Assembly (NCBI GenBank): GCA_944390945.1
Contig: CALXRV010000035.1
Span: forward strand, 37,958-101,957
Length of the DNA stretch: 64,000 nt
Direction of reading: 5' to 3'
Source of the DNA: an uncultured Clostridia bacterium
Lineage (GTDB): Bacteria; Bacillota; Dehalobacteriia; UBA4068
Of the stretch, positions 45,919 to 55,627 are shown piece after piece. The position numbers were made by a program, and so were the translations under genes. Below the pieces are notes generated by a model, which saw nothing but the letters and a program-made list of their open reading frames with translations, made no database searches and was not told the origin of the DNA. Each line of letters starts with the position of its first letter. The first letter of the stretch is position 1.

Positions 45919-46191
45919 TCATTCCTCCGAACCGTACTCTTCGTCTGCAAATGCATCGTATGCATCCGCTACGCGTTCCCATTCTTCATCGCTTTCAATA
46001 TCGAATAGCACTTCCTCACCATTCTCGTCTTCTCCGAAACGCATGATGACAGCTTCGTTCTCATACTCTTCGGAAAGAGGGATCAGCACAGCATACCGCT
46101 CCTCTTCAACGTCAAGAAACGCCTCTACCTCAAACTCATGTTCCTTCCCCGTATCGTCGATCAAGGTAATGGTTTCGGTCATGTTTTCCAC
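45919..46191 (-). CDS. DUF1292 family protein (YrzB-like)
   Basis: ITLIDDTGKEHEFEVEAFLDVEEERYAVLIP signature and an acidic C-terminus. GAGGTGG RBS. Confidence 0.75.
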   Translation of the reverse strand: MENMTETITLIDDTGKEHEFEVEAFLDVEEERYAVLIPLSEEYENEAVIMRFGEDENGEEVLFDIESDEEWERVADAYDAFADEEYGSEE

Positions 46192-46285
46192 CTCGCTGTG
46201 TAATTTGGTGCGTTCACATATGGTTAAGTATAATATCCTGACGTTTAGATGTCAAATGCAACATATTTCAGAAAAATGAACGCCA

Positions 46286-46702
46286 TCAGGATCTGGCAAG
46301 ATAATCTAGGTATCCTTGCAGTATATATGCTGCAGCCATTTTATCAATTACCTGTTTGCGCTTTTTGCGCGAAACATCGCCTTCCAGCAGGATTCGCTCC
46401 GCCGCCATCGTGGAAAGACGCTCGTCGCGATAGATGACGCGAACGGATAACGTCTCGGCGACCGCCTCCCCCATTTCGCGCGCCATCGCAGCTGACGGTC
46501 CTTCACTACCATTCATATTCAACGGCAAGCCAACTACAATCTCCTCCACTTGATAGCTTTCCACCAGCGTACGGATCTCGGCCAAATCAGATTCCAGCGT
46601 ACTGCGGCGGATCGTTTTTACTCCTTGCGCGGTAAAGCCGAGCGGATCGCTTACCGCTACACCGATCGTCTTTGTCCCAACATCCAAACCCAAGATCCGC
46701 AT
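46286..46702 (-). CDS. ruvX: Holliday junction resolvase-like / pre-16S rRNA nuclease RuvX (YqgF)
   Basis: MRILGLDVGTKTIGVAVSD N-terminus, DERLST motif. GAGGAGG RBS 6 nt upstream of the ATG at 46702. Confidence 0.85.
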   Translation of the reverse strand: MRILGLDVGTKTIGVAVSDPLGFTAQGVKTIRRSTLESDLAEIRTLVESYQVEEIVVGLPLNMNGSEGPSAAMAREMGEAVAETLSVRVIYRDERLSTMAAERILLEGDVSRKKRKQVIDKMAAAYILQGYLDYLARS

Positions 46703-46713
46703 ATGTTTCCTCC

Positions 46714-47676
46714 TCAACAAAATGAAAGACAAAACCATGGGCATGCTGCAATGCAATAACCGCAATAAAGGCAGCGTGATTTTTCCCATTCCGCCTGTCC
46801 GTCCGGCCCCAACCGCAAGGCGCCGGCAGCGCAACGCTCCACACAGCGTCCACAACCATGACAGCGCGGCTCTTTATCAAACACCATATTACGGTCGATG
46901 TGCTTGATCACGGCAGCCTCTGTTGGCTCTTCGCCTGCCAGCCAGCCCAAATTGGTAACCAATTCGGCATAGTCACGGCAGCCGACTGCGACCGCATCTA
47001 CATCCGGCTGTGAAAAGGCCCAGAGTAATGCATCCTTTGCCTGATGCATCAGCGCACCGCCTGCCAGTGCTTTCATCGAATAAACGCCTTTGCCATTTGC
47101 TTTTGCTAAACAGAACGCTGCCCGCATCTCTGGCAAGCCGCCATCAAGAATGCCAATCGCAGCCTGATTGAACATCGCATGGATGATATCCACCTCCGGC
47201 AGCTCCGCCGCCTGCGCGGCCATGGCCGCGCTATGCGTGGATATCCCGATTGCGCGAATCAGGCCGTTTTGCTTCATCTGCTGCAAAAGCTGCCAAGCGC
47301 CTCTGCGGCTGGCAAAATCAGCATCATCACGCACCTCATGTAGTAACATGATGTCCAATCGGTTTCGGTTCAACGCCAGGCGGGCGTCCTCGACCGCCCA
47401 AGCCGCCTGGATATCCGTTTCCGCAAAAGTCTTGCTGGCAATAATGATCCGCGCCGCATCTTCCGGCGGCAGTCCCGCCAGCGCAGCGCGGATATAGGGA
47501 TATGTCTGATATTGTTCAGCGGTATCTACAAAATTTACTCCTTGTGCAAATGCTGCAGAGAGCAATGCTGCGCCCTCTGCAAGCGGCAAGGAGGCGCACA
47601 GCGGCCCCAGCGTCAGGCTACCAAAACAAAGCCTGGATACGCGGATGCCGCTTGCACCCAAATCCCTGTATTGCAT
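46714..47676 (-). CDS. Aldo/keto reductase with a C-terminal 2x[4Fe-4S] ferredoxin domain
   Basis: AKR N-terminus (LGASGIRVSRLCFGSL, GVNFVDTAEQY) and C-terminal CHGCGRCVERC / CLYCGYCIAACP motifs. Confidence 0.8.
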   Translation of the reverse strand: MQYRDLGASGIRVSRLCFGSLTLGPLCASLPLAEGAALLSAAFAQGVNFVDTAEQYQTYPYIRAALAGLPPEDAARIIIASKTFAETDIQAAWAVEDARLALNRNRLDIMLLHEVRDDADFASRRGAWQLLQQMKQNGLIRAIGISTHSAAMAAQAAELPEVDIIHAMFNQAAIGILDGGLPEMRAAFCLAKANGKGVYSMKALAGGALMHQAKDALLWAFSQPDVDAVAVGCRDYAELVTNLGWLAGEEPTEAAVIKHIDRNMVFDKEPRCHGCGRCVERCAAGALRLGPDGQAEWEKSRCLYCGYCIAACPWFCLSFC

Positions 47677-47709
47677 AGCTTTCGTCCATTCGTCATCCCG
47701 CGCTGCGGT

Positions 47710-47985
47710 TTATTCTTTCAGGTAGCTGGAAACCAGCTCTTCGATCAAATCATCGCGCTCCACACGACGGATCAAACTGCGCGCCTGCTTATAACTGGTA
47801 ATATAGGCCGGGTCTCCGGAGATCAGATAACCCACCAGCTGATTGATCGGATTGTATCCTTTTTCCCGCAGTGCTAGATAAACCGTACGCAGCACCTCAC
47901 CGGGATTCAATTCTTCATCCGAACGCACATCAAACGTCATCGTTTCATCGCCGGCAAAAGTACCAAATTTAAATTCGCTGCCCAT
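47710..47985 (-). CDS. ireB: IreB family regulatory phosphoprotein (UPF0297/YrzL)
   Basis: [30 protein letters not shown] signature. AAGGAGG RBS. Confidence 0.8.
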   Translation of the reverse strand: MGSEFKFGTFAGDETMTFDVRSDEELNPGEVLRTVYLALREKGYNPINQLVGYLISGDPAYITSYKQARSLIRRVERDDLIEELVSSYLKE

Positions 47986-48068
47986 GCCCAGTCCTCCTTT
48001 GGCAGTAGCTTGCTCCGGCTTTTGCTAAGCATTAAATTCTACGCAGCTGCGCTAAACTCCTTTTCCAA

Positions 48069-50735
48069 TCATGCATTGGCCAGGATATCCCGAACCAGCT
48101 CCTCGCCGCGCTGCAAAGCAGCTTTGATCAGTTCCGGAGTATTTTCCTTGCCCCCAGCCTGTGCCATATCCGCCCTGCCGCCACCGGAACCGCCGCAAAC
48201 TGCTGCCACATCTTTGATCAGCCGGCCGGCATGCAATCCTTTTTGCTGCGCAGCAGCAGAAACCGAAACCACAAACTGCGCTTTGCCATTCTCGCCGGAA
48301 GCAAGGATGATCGCAGCATCCGGCAGCTTATCACGCAGCATATCCATCGTATTGCGCAGCGCCGCCATATCTGCGGCAGCAACACTGGCTGTCAATAGCT
48401 TGATCCCGCCGACATCCTCCGCTTGTTGCCAAAGTTCGCCCAGCTGATCATTAGCCAGTTTGGCCTGTAACTTTTCGTTCTCACGCGCTAATGAACGGTT
48501 TTCATTCAACACGATCTCCAGCCTCTTTTCAACATTCGCCGGAGTCGTGCGCAGCAGAGCAGCCAGAGCAGCCAGCTTCTCTTCCTGCTGTCGATGATAA
48601 CGCAACGCGCCTTCTCCCGTCAGGGCCTCGATACGGCGCATACCGGAACCAATACCACCTTCGCCTAATATCTTGATGCTGCCGATTTCGCCGGTCCGCT
48701 GACAATGCGTCCCGCCGCATAATTCTCGACTGAAGCTACCCATGCTGACCAGGCGTACAATATCGCCATACTTGTCGCCGAAAAAGGCCATGGCACCTGT
48801 TGCCTTTGCCTCTTCCAATGGCATTTCTTCCGTAACGATCGGCAGGTCTGCCATGATCTGGCGGTTAACTTCATCCTCAATCGTCTGCAGTTCTGTTTGG
48901 CTCAGTGGTTGCGCGTGATTAAAATCGAAACGCAGACGTTCATCCGTAACCAAAGAACCTGCCTGATGCACATGCTCACCCAAAGTCATCCGCAAAGCGC
49001 GATGCAAAAGATGCGTGGCTGAGTGATTTCGTGCGATCGCGGCACGGCGAGAGCCGGTAACGGTGACTTCCACTTTATCGCCAAGTACAACCGTTCCGCT
49101 ACGCAGAACAAATTTATGCACATAAAGACCGTTGTGCAGTTTTTGTGTATCAATAATATCTGCGACAACCCCGTCTGCCTGCAGCAGACCAGTATCGCCA
49201 ATCTGGCCGCCGCTTTCACCGTAAAAGGGGGTCGCATCCAGAACCAGCCAACCCTCTGCGCCTGACGAAGCACTATCTACCAGTGCATTGCCAACGACCA
49301 TTGCCGTAACACGCGCCGTAGCGGAAAGCTGCTGATAACCCAGAAAATTATTTAGCGGAACATCCGTCAACAGCTGGCCAAGCAAGATTGCCGGATCTTC
49401 ACCGCCCTCCTCTAACCGGGCACGCTGTGATTTTTTGCGCTGTTCTTCCATGCAGCGGGCAAAACCAGGCTCGTCAATGGTAAAACCATTCTCTTCCGCA
49501 ATATCCTTTGCCAGATCCAAGGGGAAGCCATAGGTATCATATAGCAAAAACAGATCGCTGCCGTTGATCTCCGTCTCCCCGGCTGCCCGCATGCGCTCCA
49601 GAATACCCTGCACAATCGTCATGCCGGATTTCAACGTCAGATGGAAACGTTCTTCTTCCATGCGGATCCCACGGATGATGCTATCCTCCTGTTCGATCAG
49701 GATCGGATACGCGTCTGCCATAGCCGCTTTCACATAGGGGAAAATCCGATAAAGAAATGGCTCGTTCATGCCCAGCACCATACCAAAACGCGCGGCACGG
49801 CGCAGAATGCGGCGCAGGACATAGCCGCGACCCTCATTAGAAGGCAAAATGCCATCAGCAATCAAGAACGAACAGGAACGCGCATGGTCAGCAATCACGC
49901 GGAAGGGGAAGCCGCTCTGGTCGCCATGATATTCCTGGCCGCAAAGCTCTTCCACCCCATGGATGATCCCGCGCATGATATCGGTATCATAATTGCTGTC
50001 AACCCCCTGCAGGATTGAAGCAACACGTTCCAAACCCATGCCGGTATCAATACTCGGCCGCGGCAATGGAGAAAGCGTGCCATCCTCGCTGCGATCATAT
50101 TGCATAAATACCAAATTCCAGATCTCCATCCAGCGGTCACAATCACAACTGCCAATGCCGCAGACTTCAGCATCACAGCCATATTTTTCCCCGCGGTCAA
50201 AAAAGATTTCCGAGCAAGGGCCACAGGGACCAGTATCGCCCATAGACCAGAAATTATCCTTGGCGCCGATCCGGTAAATACGATCCGGGGTCAATCCGGC
50301 TACCTCCTGCCAGAGGGCAAAAGCTTCATCATCCTCTTCATATACGGTCGCATATAGCTTTTCCTTTGGCATTTCTAGCACTTCAGTCAGAAATTCCCAG
50401 GCAAAACCAATCGCTTCACGCTTAAAATAATCGCCAAAGCTGAAATTTCCCATCATTTCAAAGAAAGTATGATGGCGTGCCGTGCGGCCGACCGTATCCA
50501 GATCATTATGCTTGCCCCCGGCGCGAACACAGCGCTGCGCCGTAACTGCGCGTGAATAGTCACGCTTGTCCACTCCCAAAAAAACGTCTTTAAACTGATT
50601 CATCCCGGCATTGGTGAAGAGCAGCGTATTGTCGTTATGCGGAACGAGCGAGGAACTGGGAACACGACGGTGGCCTTTAGATTCAAAATAACGAATAAAA
50701 GCCTCCCGCAGCTCTTTGGCAGTCATAGACTTCAT
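48069..50735 (-). CDS. alaS: Alanine--tRNA ligase
   Basis: MKSMTAKELREAFIRYFESKGH N-terminus, class II motifs, editing-domain HxxxH (HSATHLLH) and C-terminal DHHA1. AGGAG RBS before 50735. Confidence 0.95.
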   Translation of the reverse strand: MKSMTAKELREAFIRYFESKGHRRVPSSSLVPHNDNTLLFTNAGMNQFKDVFLGVDKRDYSRAVTAQRCVRAGGKHNDLDTVGRTARHHTFFEMMGNFSFGDYFKREAIGFAWEFLTEVLEMPKEKLYATVYEEDDEAFALWQEVAGLTPDRIYRIGAKDNFWSMGDTGPCGPCSEIFFDRGEKYGCDAEVCGIGSCDCDRWMEIWNLVFMQYDRSEDGTLSPLPRPSIDTGMGLERVASILQGVDSNYDTDIMRGIIHGVEELCGQEYHGDQSGFPFRVIADHARSCSFLIADGILPSNEGRGYVLRRILRRAARFGMVLGMNEPFLYRIFPYVKAAMADAYPILIEQEDSIIRGIRMEEERFHLTLKSGMTIVQGILERMRAAGETEINGSDLFLLYDTYGFPLDLAKDIAEENGFTIDEPGFARCMEEQRKKSQRARLEEGGEDPAILLGQLLTDVPLNNFLGYQQLSATARVTAMVVGNALVDSASSGAEGWLVLDATPFYGESGGQIGDTGLLQADGVVADIIDTQKLHNGLYVHKFVLRSGTVVLGDKVEVTVTGSRRAAIARNHSATHLLHRALRMTLGEHVHQAGSLVTDERLRFDFNHAQPLSQTELQTIEDEVNRQIMADLPIVTEEMPLEEAKATGAMAFFGDKYGDIVRLVSMGSFSRELCGGTHCQRTGEIGSIKILGEGGIGSGMRRIEALTGEGALRYHRQQEEKLAALAALLRTTPANVEKRLEIVLNENRSLARENEKLQAKLANDQLGELWQQAEDVGGIKLLTASVAAADMAALRNTMDMLRDKLPDAAIILASGENGKAQFVVSVSAAAQQKGLHAGRLIKDVAAVCGGSGGGRADMAQAGGKENTPELIKAALQRGEELVRDILANA

Positions 50736-50817
50736 GTGCTTATCTCCTTTAATTTCGATCGCTAATATCAATTTATTATTTTATCATAGTATTTGAGATA
50801 AAGCACTATTTTTTTTG

Positions 50818-51909
50818 TCATCCATCGGTATTAACACCAACCAACCGGCCATAAAAATATTTGCCCAACAGCAATAATGCAGCCGCCACTGGCAATGCGA
50901 GAATCGTTCCAAAAATGCCGAACAAATAACCGCCCGCCATTACGGCAAAAATCGTTAACAATGGATTTAGGCCAATCTTATCGCCCATAATTTTTGGTGT
51001 AATTACTGCACTTTCCAGTTGTTGCAAAAATAGCAAGCCTGCTGTACAGATCAGTGCGCGCGGCACGCCGTCTCCAAGGGCAACAATAATAGCAGGGATC
51101 GCGCCTAAGAACGGCCCAAAATAAGGGATCAAATCCGCAACACCCATCAGCAGCCCCAATGCCAATGCGTATTCCAGACCAATCAGTTGATAAAATATAG
51201 CTGACATCACAGCAACAACAAGCGAAACCAGCAAATATCCGCCGATGAAGCTGCGTAGCAGATGGTCCAGATCCTGCAGCAGCCGTAGGGTCTCCGGCAT
51301 GTGCTGTGGCGAGACCAGGGCAAGCAGCTTCTGTGCCCCTGCCTGCTTGTTCCGAAGCATATAAAAGCTGAGTACTGGCATCAAGACCAAGTAAGCTAGC
51401 AAGCGCAGCAAGGACGACAAATGTGTCGCTGTTCCTTCCATACGCTCTGCAAATTGTTCACGCAGATGACTGCCGGCTTCAGTCAAAGCAGCCTGCAACC
51501 CAGCGGGCAATTCAATATGGCGCATCGTTGCCGTTATCTGCTGCCATGCTTGCTGCAGCATGCTAAAAAGTTGCGGCAAATATGCCAGCAGACGACTGAA
51601 CTGTTCGCTGACGATCGGCAGGCAGATAAACAGCAACAAATAAATCCCAATACCCACGTATCCATACAGCAAAAGTACAGCTAAAGCTGACGGTATGCCC
51701 AGTCCAAGCATTCGATTATATAATGGCCGCAATAGATAAGTGAACATCAATGCCAGAAAAAAGGGCATGACCACCGGCCATAAGCGAATGATAAGCAGAA
51801 TGGATGCCACGGCGGTCAAACATAGCAGAAGGATGCGCAGACGAATGCGGATCTGTCCTTGCTGATTAATCTTTTCCTGCGCGCTTGATGAATTGTCCCT
51901 GCCCAGCAT
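50818..51909 (-). CDS. AI-2E (PerM/YubA) family transporter
   Basis: Eight-TM profile with the conserved C-terminal ADLIPYFGPFLGAIP motif. Confidence 0.8.
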   Translation of the reverse strand: MLGRDNSSSAQEKINQQGQIRIRLRILLLCLTAVASILLIIRLWPVVMPFFLALMFTYLLRPLYNRMLGLGIPSALAVLLLYGYVGIGIYLLLFICLPIVSEQFSRLLAYLPQLFSMLQQAWQQITATMRHIELPAGLQAALTEAGSHLREQFAERMEGTATHLSSLLRLLAYLVLMPVLSFYMLRNKQAGAQKLLALVSPQHMPETLRLLQDLDHLLRSFIGGYLLVSLVVAVMSAIFYQLIGLEYALALGLLMGVADLIPYFGPFLGAIPAIIVALGDGVPRALICTAGLLFLQQLESAVITPKIMGDKIGLNPLLTIFAVMAGGYLFGIFGTILALPVAAALLLLGKYFYGRLVGVNTDG

Positions 51910-51962
51910 CCGTATCCCTCCCCGATCTTATGTAGCAGGCGGGATTCCCGCCTGCACTGCGT

Positions 51963-52172
51963 TTAACGCAGCTTGTGCGCGAGAGATTCGCCCATCGCGC
52001 CCAGCATTTCACCAGCTTCCCGTGACATCCTGCCCGCCATGGAAGCCGCCTTCGCCCGTGCTTTTTTCGCTGCCTTTTTGCCGGAGCCGCCCATCATGCT
52101 CTGCCCAAGCATGCCGCCGACTGCGCCCAGCATCGTTCCGGCGAGAAACCAGCGATACCCATTGTTCCGCAT
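51963..52172 (-). CDS. Small Gly/Lys/Ala-rich protein with one N-terminal hydrophobic segment, unknown function
   Basis: Strong AGGAGG RBS 7 nt upstream of the ATG. The sequence is WFLAGTMLGAVGGMLG followed by a basic tail. Confidence 0.5.
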   Translation of the reverse strand: MRNNGYRWFLAGTMLGAVGGMLGQSMMGGSGKKAAKKARAKAASMAGRMSREAGEMLGAMGESLAHKLR

Positions 52173-52187
52173 GCCATCACCTCCTGC

Positions 52188-52649
52188 TCAGAATGAACTC
52201 TGATCTATCTCAATAAACGCGCCGCCCCGGTTTTCCGCCTGTTCCCGCGGCAGAAACCTGCGTTTATGGCGCAGATCATGCAACAGTCCCTGCGATATCT
52301 CCCAACCGCATACCTGATCTTGTTCCACTAGAATATCGGCGATCACGCCAGATGCACCATTCATGCGATAAACCGTACGTCCTCGCTGGGCAAGCTGTGC
52401 CTCTCCCGGTAATGTCCGCTCGGCTTTGCGCAGCGCTGCTCTGCCATCCACCACCACGCCCCGCAGACTCAGCTGGCGCACCTGATCCATCGGCAAAAAA
52501 CAACGCCGCGTCAGCAAGCTGCTTGTATCCACCAAAAAACCGAATATGCGGCCATTTGTGGGATCTGCCAGCACTTCTTGGATCCTTCCCAGCTCCATAC
52601 CATTATGGTCTTTGATCACCAATCCATGCAATTGTCTACCGCTCAACAT
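52188..52649 (-). CDS. PRC-barrel domain protein (YlmC/YmxH-like)
   Basis: Repeated pattern resembling PRC barrels (LHGLVIKDHNGMELGRIQEVLADPTNGRIFGFLV). The call is tentative. Confidence 0.5.
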   Translation of the reverse strand: MLSGRQLHGLVIKDHNGMELGRIQEVLADPTNGRIFGFLVDTSSLLTRRCFLPMDQVRQLSLRGVVVDGRAALRKAERTLPGEAQLAQRGRTVYRMNGASGVIADILVEQDQVCGWEISQGLLHDLRHKRRFLPREQAENRGGAFIEIDQSSF

Positions 52650-52684
52650 GCCAAGATCACCCCGCATAATATTTTAGCCGAAAG

Positions 52685-52714
52685 CAAAAAAAATAGCCGT
52701 AAAAATACGGCTAT
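52685..52714 (-). terminator. Rho-independent terminator downstream of mnmA
   Basis: On the minus strand: ATAGCCGTA-TTTT-TACGGCTAT followed by a T8 run. Confidence 0.75.
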
Positions 52715-52775
52715 CAAATCTTTACCAAATACATATTCCAGTTGCGCATCGAAGACAGCGCCAAAAGTTCAATAT

Positions 52776-53822
52776 TTATTCCATGCGCACAATACGCCCA
52801 CCACCGAGCAGCATATCCCCATCATAAAAGACCGCTGACTGCCCAGGCGTAACCCCCCATTCGTCCTCTGCAAAAAGGATCTCTACCAAGCCGCCAGGAA
52901 CGGATGGACGAATAACCGCATGCTTAGCTTGTGCGCGGTAACGAACTTTTACCTGAACATCGCGTTCTTCCTTCAACACCGGGAAAGGGAAAAAGTTGTT
53001 ATCCGCTGTATATGCAAGCCGAGTCAGCAGCGCATCCCGCCGGTCAACCAACAGACGGTTACGCGCAACATCAAACCCAACGACATAAGCCGGATAACCT
53101 AGTGCAACTTCCAGACCGCGCCGTTGGCCGATAGTATAATTCGCCAATCCATGATGACGGCCAACTACCCTGCCATCACGATCCACAATGTCGCCGGCCC
53201 GTTGCCGCTCATCCGCATGAGCAGCGATTAAGCGGCGGTAATCGCCATCCTCGATAAAGCAGATATCATAACTCTCTCTGGCCCGTGCAGATAAAAGTCC
53301 TGCGTCTTGTGCCAGCTGGCGTACCTCTTCTTTACACAGCGTACCAAGCGGGAACAGGCAATGTGTCAGCACCTCTTGCGGGATACCATAAAGGAAATAG
53401 GTCTGATCCTTTTCTGTATCCCTGCCCCGGCATAATGCAAGCCGCCCGCCGATCCGCTCGAGACGGCAATAATGGCCGGTTGCCAAGAATTGCGCATCCA
53501 ACTTTGGCAACAACGGTTCAAAAACACGGAATTTTAAAAACTGATTGCATCGTACGCAGGGGTTTGGCGTTTCTCCGGATAAATAAGCGGTAATGAAAGG
53601 CTCTATCACCTGTGTGCGAAACTGCTGCCGGACATCGATCCGGACATGCTCCAGTCCCAACTGATGACAGACTGCAGCCGCCTGCTCTGCAGCACTACCG
53701 TAGCCGGTATCCATTGTTACGCCAATCACCTGATACCCTGCGCGGCATAACAAAAGAGCGGCGACAGAACTATCCACGCCGCCGCTCATCGCTACCAGTA
53801 CCCGACCGGAGTCCTTATGCAT
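52776..53822 (-). CDS. mnmA: tRNA 2-thiouridine(34) synthase MnmA
   Basis: VLVAMSGGVDSSVAA PP-loop, NPCVRCN, and a conserved C-terminal barrel. The internal Met at 53822 gives an 8-nt overlap with nifU. Confidence 0.9.
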   Translation of the reverse strand: MHKDSGRVLVAMSGGVDSSVAALLLCRAGYQVIGVTMDTGYGSAAEQAAAVCHQLGLEHVRIDVRQQFRTQVIEPFITAYLSGETPNPCVRCNQFLKFRVFEPLLPKLDAQFLATGHYCRLERIGGRLALCRGRDTEKDQTYFLYGIPQEVLTHCLFPLGTLCKEEVRQLAQDAGLLSARARESYDICFIEDGDYRRLIAAHADERQRAGDIVDRDGRVVGRHHGLANYTIGQRRGLEVALGYPAYVVGFDVARNRLLVDRRDALLTRLAYTADNNFFPFPVLKEERDVQVKVRYRAQAKHAVIRPSVPGGLVEILFAEDEWGVTPGQSAVFYDGDMLLGGGRIVRME

Positions 53823-54189
53823 TTTCAGGATGTTCCTTCTCATAATTCTCAATCGCCTTGCGCAGCGCATCTGCAGCCAGCACAGAGCAGTGAATCTTTG
53901 CTTCCGGCAGACCGCCCAGCGATTTGACCACATCATCATTTGTAATTGCTTTTGCCTCTGCCAACGTCTTGCCAATCGCCATCGTCGTCAGCATGCTGCT
54001 GGATGCGATCGCTGCCGCGCATCCATAGGTCTTAAACTTGATATCCTTGATCACGCCATCCTGCACATCCAGGTAGATCAATGTGGTATCGCCACAGACC
54101 GGACTGGATACTTCACCCTTTGCCGTAGTATTCAGCTCGCCAACATTGCGTGGATTGTTAAAATGATCGATCACGGTTTCGTTATACAT
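53815..54189 (-). CDS. nifU: Fe-S cluster scaffold protein NifU/IscU-like
   Basis: MYNETVIDHFNNPRNVG, SPVCGD, FKTYGCAAAIASSS and HCSVLA, the three Cys ligands. Confidence 0.85.
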   Translation of the reverse strand: MYNETVIDHFNNPRNVGELNTTAKGEVSSPVCGDTTLIYLDVQDGVIKDIKFKTYGCAAAIASSSMLTTMAIGKTLAEAKAITNDDVVKSLGGLPEAKIHCSVLAADALRKAIENYEKEHPENA

Positions 54190-54273
54190 GGTTCGAACTT
54201 CCTTTCCTCTCAAATACAAAAGGCTTGCCAGCACAATCCCTAGTTATTTACTAGAGATAGTGTAACACTGCAC

Positions 54274-55617
54274 CTATTCTTTGTCAATATTTTCTTTTTC
54301 GCCACGCAGTCGTTGCAGCAATTCAGATATCCGCTGCTCGCGGCCATTATTACTTGGTTTATAATATATGCGCCCAGAAAACTCATCCGGCAGATACTGC
54401 TGCGGAATATAATGCCCTGGGTAATCATGTGGATAGCGATACCCCTTACCGTGGCCAAACTGCTTGGCTCCACGATAGCTGGCGTCGCGCAGATGCAATG
54501 GCACACCGGAAAAAGGCTTACCGTGGATATCGGCAATCGCTGCATCGATGCCAAGATAGGCAGCATTGGATTTCGGTGCGCAGGCAACATAAACCGCTGC
54601 TTCAGCCAGCGCGATGCGCGCTTCCGGCCAACCGACATAATGCACAGCTTCTGCAGCTGCCGTCGCAACCAGCAGGGCGGTTGGGTCAGCCAAACCGACA
54701 TCTTCCGCCGCGCAGATAATAATACGCCGGGCGATAAATTCCGGATTCTCGCCAGCTTCTGTCATCCGCGCCAGCCAATGCAGAACCGCATCCGGATCAG
54801 AACCGCGCATGCTCTTGATAAAGGCGGAAATCACATCATAATGCCAGTCGCCTTTTTTATCATAGCTGACATTCCGCTGCTGGATACTCTCTTCCGCAAT
54901 GGCAAGATCGATATGCCGAATGCCATCTGCACCCGGCTCAGTCGTAATCACCGCTAATTCCAGCGCATTATAAGCTGTACGGGCATCACCGCCGCAGACG
55001 TCCGCCCAATGCCGTAATGCCGCTTCATCAATCTGCGCATGATATTCTTTCATCCCGCGCTCATCATCGATGCAGCGCTGCAGCAGAAGATAGATATCGT
55101 CAGCCGACAATGCCTGTAGGCGAAAAATACGGGAACGTGAAAGCAAAGCGCCATTTACTTCAAAAAAAGGATTTTCTGTTGTTGCGCCGATCAGGATGAT
55201 CGTACCATCCTCCACCGCAGGTAAAAGCGCATCTTGTTGTCCTTTGTTAAAGCGGTGAATCTCATCGATAAACAATACCGTTTTCCGGCCATACAATTTC
55301 AATTCGTCGCGGGCAAACTTTAGAATCTCACGAATGTCCGCAACGCCAGAAGTCACCGCGCTGAGCACACGAAAATTCCCACCTGTCGTATTGGCAATGA
55401 TCTGCGCCAGCGTCGTTTTGCCACAGCCAGGAGGGCCATAAAATATCAAGGAAGAAAGGCGATCCGCCTCGATCGCCCGACGCAATAATCTTCCCTTGCC
55501 GATGATCGCTTCCTGCCCAACAAATTCATCCAGCGTACGCGGGCGCATCCGCGCGGCAAGTGGCGCACCACCGCGCTCTTTTTGTGCTTCACTTGCAAGA
55601 TCGAACAGATCTGCCAT
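54274..55617 (-). CDS. rarA: Replication-associated recombination protein A (RarA/MgsA AAA+ ATPase)
   Basis: PLAARMRPRTLDEFVGQ, Walker A GPPGCGKTT, FIDEIHRFNK, and a C-terminal MgsA domain (HLRDASYRGAKQFGHGKGYRYPHD). Confidence 0.9.
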   Translation of the reverse strand: MADLFDLASEAQKERGGAPLAARMRPRTLDEFVGQEAIIGKGRLLRRAIEADRLSSLIFYGPPGCGKTTLAQIIANTTGGNFRVLSAVTSGVADIREILKFARDELKLYGRKTVLFIDEIHRFNKGQQDALLPAVEDGTIILIGATTENPFFEVNGALLSRSRIFRLQALSADDIYLLLQRCIDDERGMKEYHAQIDEAALRHWADVCGGDARTAYNALELAVITTEPGADGIRHIDLAIAEESIQQRNVSYDKKGDWHYDVISAFIKSMRGSDPDAVLHWLARMTEAGENPEFIARRIIICAAEDVGLADPTALLVATAAAEAVHYVGWPEARIALAEAAVYVACAPKSNAAYLGIDAAIADIHGKPFSGVPLHLRDASYRGAKQFGHGKGYRYPHDYPGHYIPQQYLPDEFSGRIYYKPSNNGREQRISELLQRLRGEKENIDKE

Positions 55618-55627
55618 ATTGTTCCCC

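Noticed and set aside
52776-53975. N-terminally extended ORFs suggesting longer or fused proteins (mnmA to 53975, rluD to 57513, ruvX to 46855, lspA to 57793, mutL to 29918, the lipoprotein to 785, OPT from 4552, CDF from 7438)
   Set aside because: In each case an internal ATG or GTG preceded by a good SD gives the conserved family N-terminus. The extension overlaps the upstream gene or has arbitrary sequence. The shorter starts were used.
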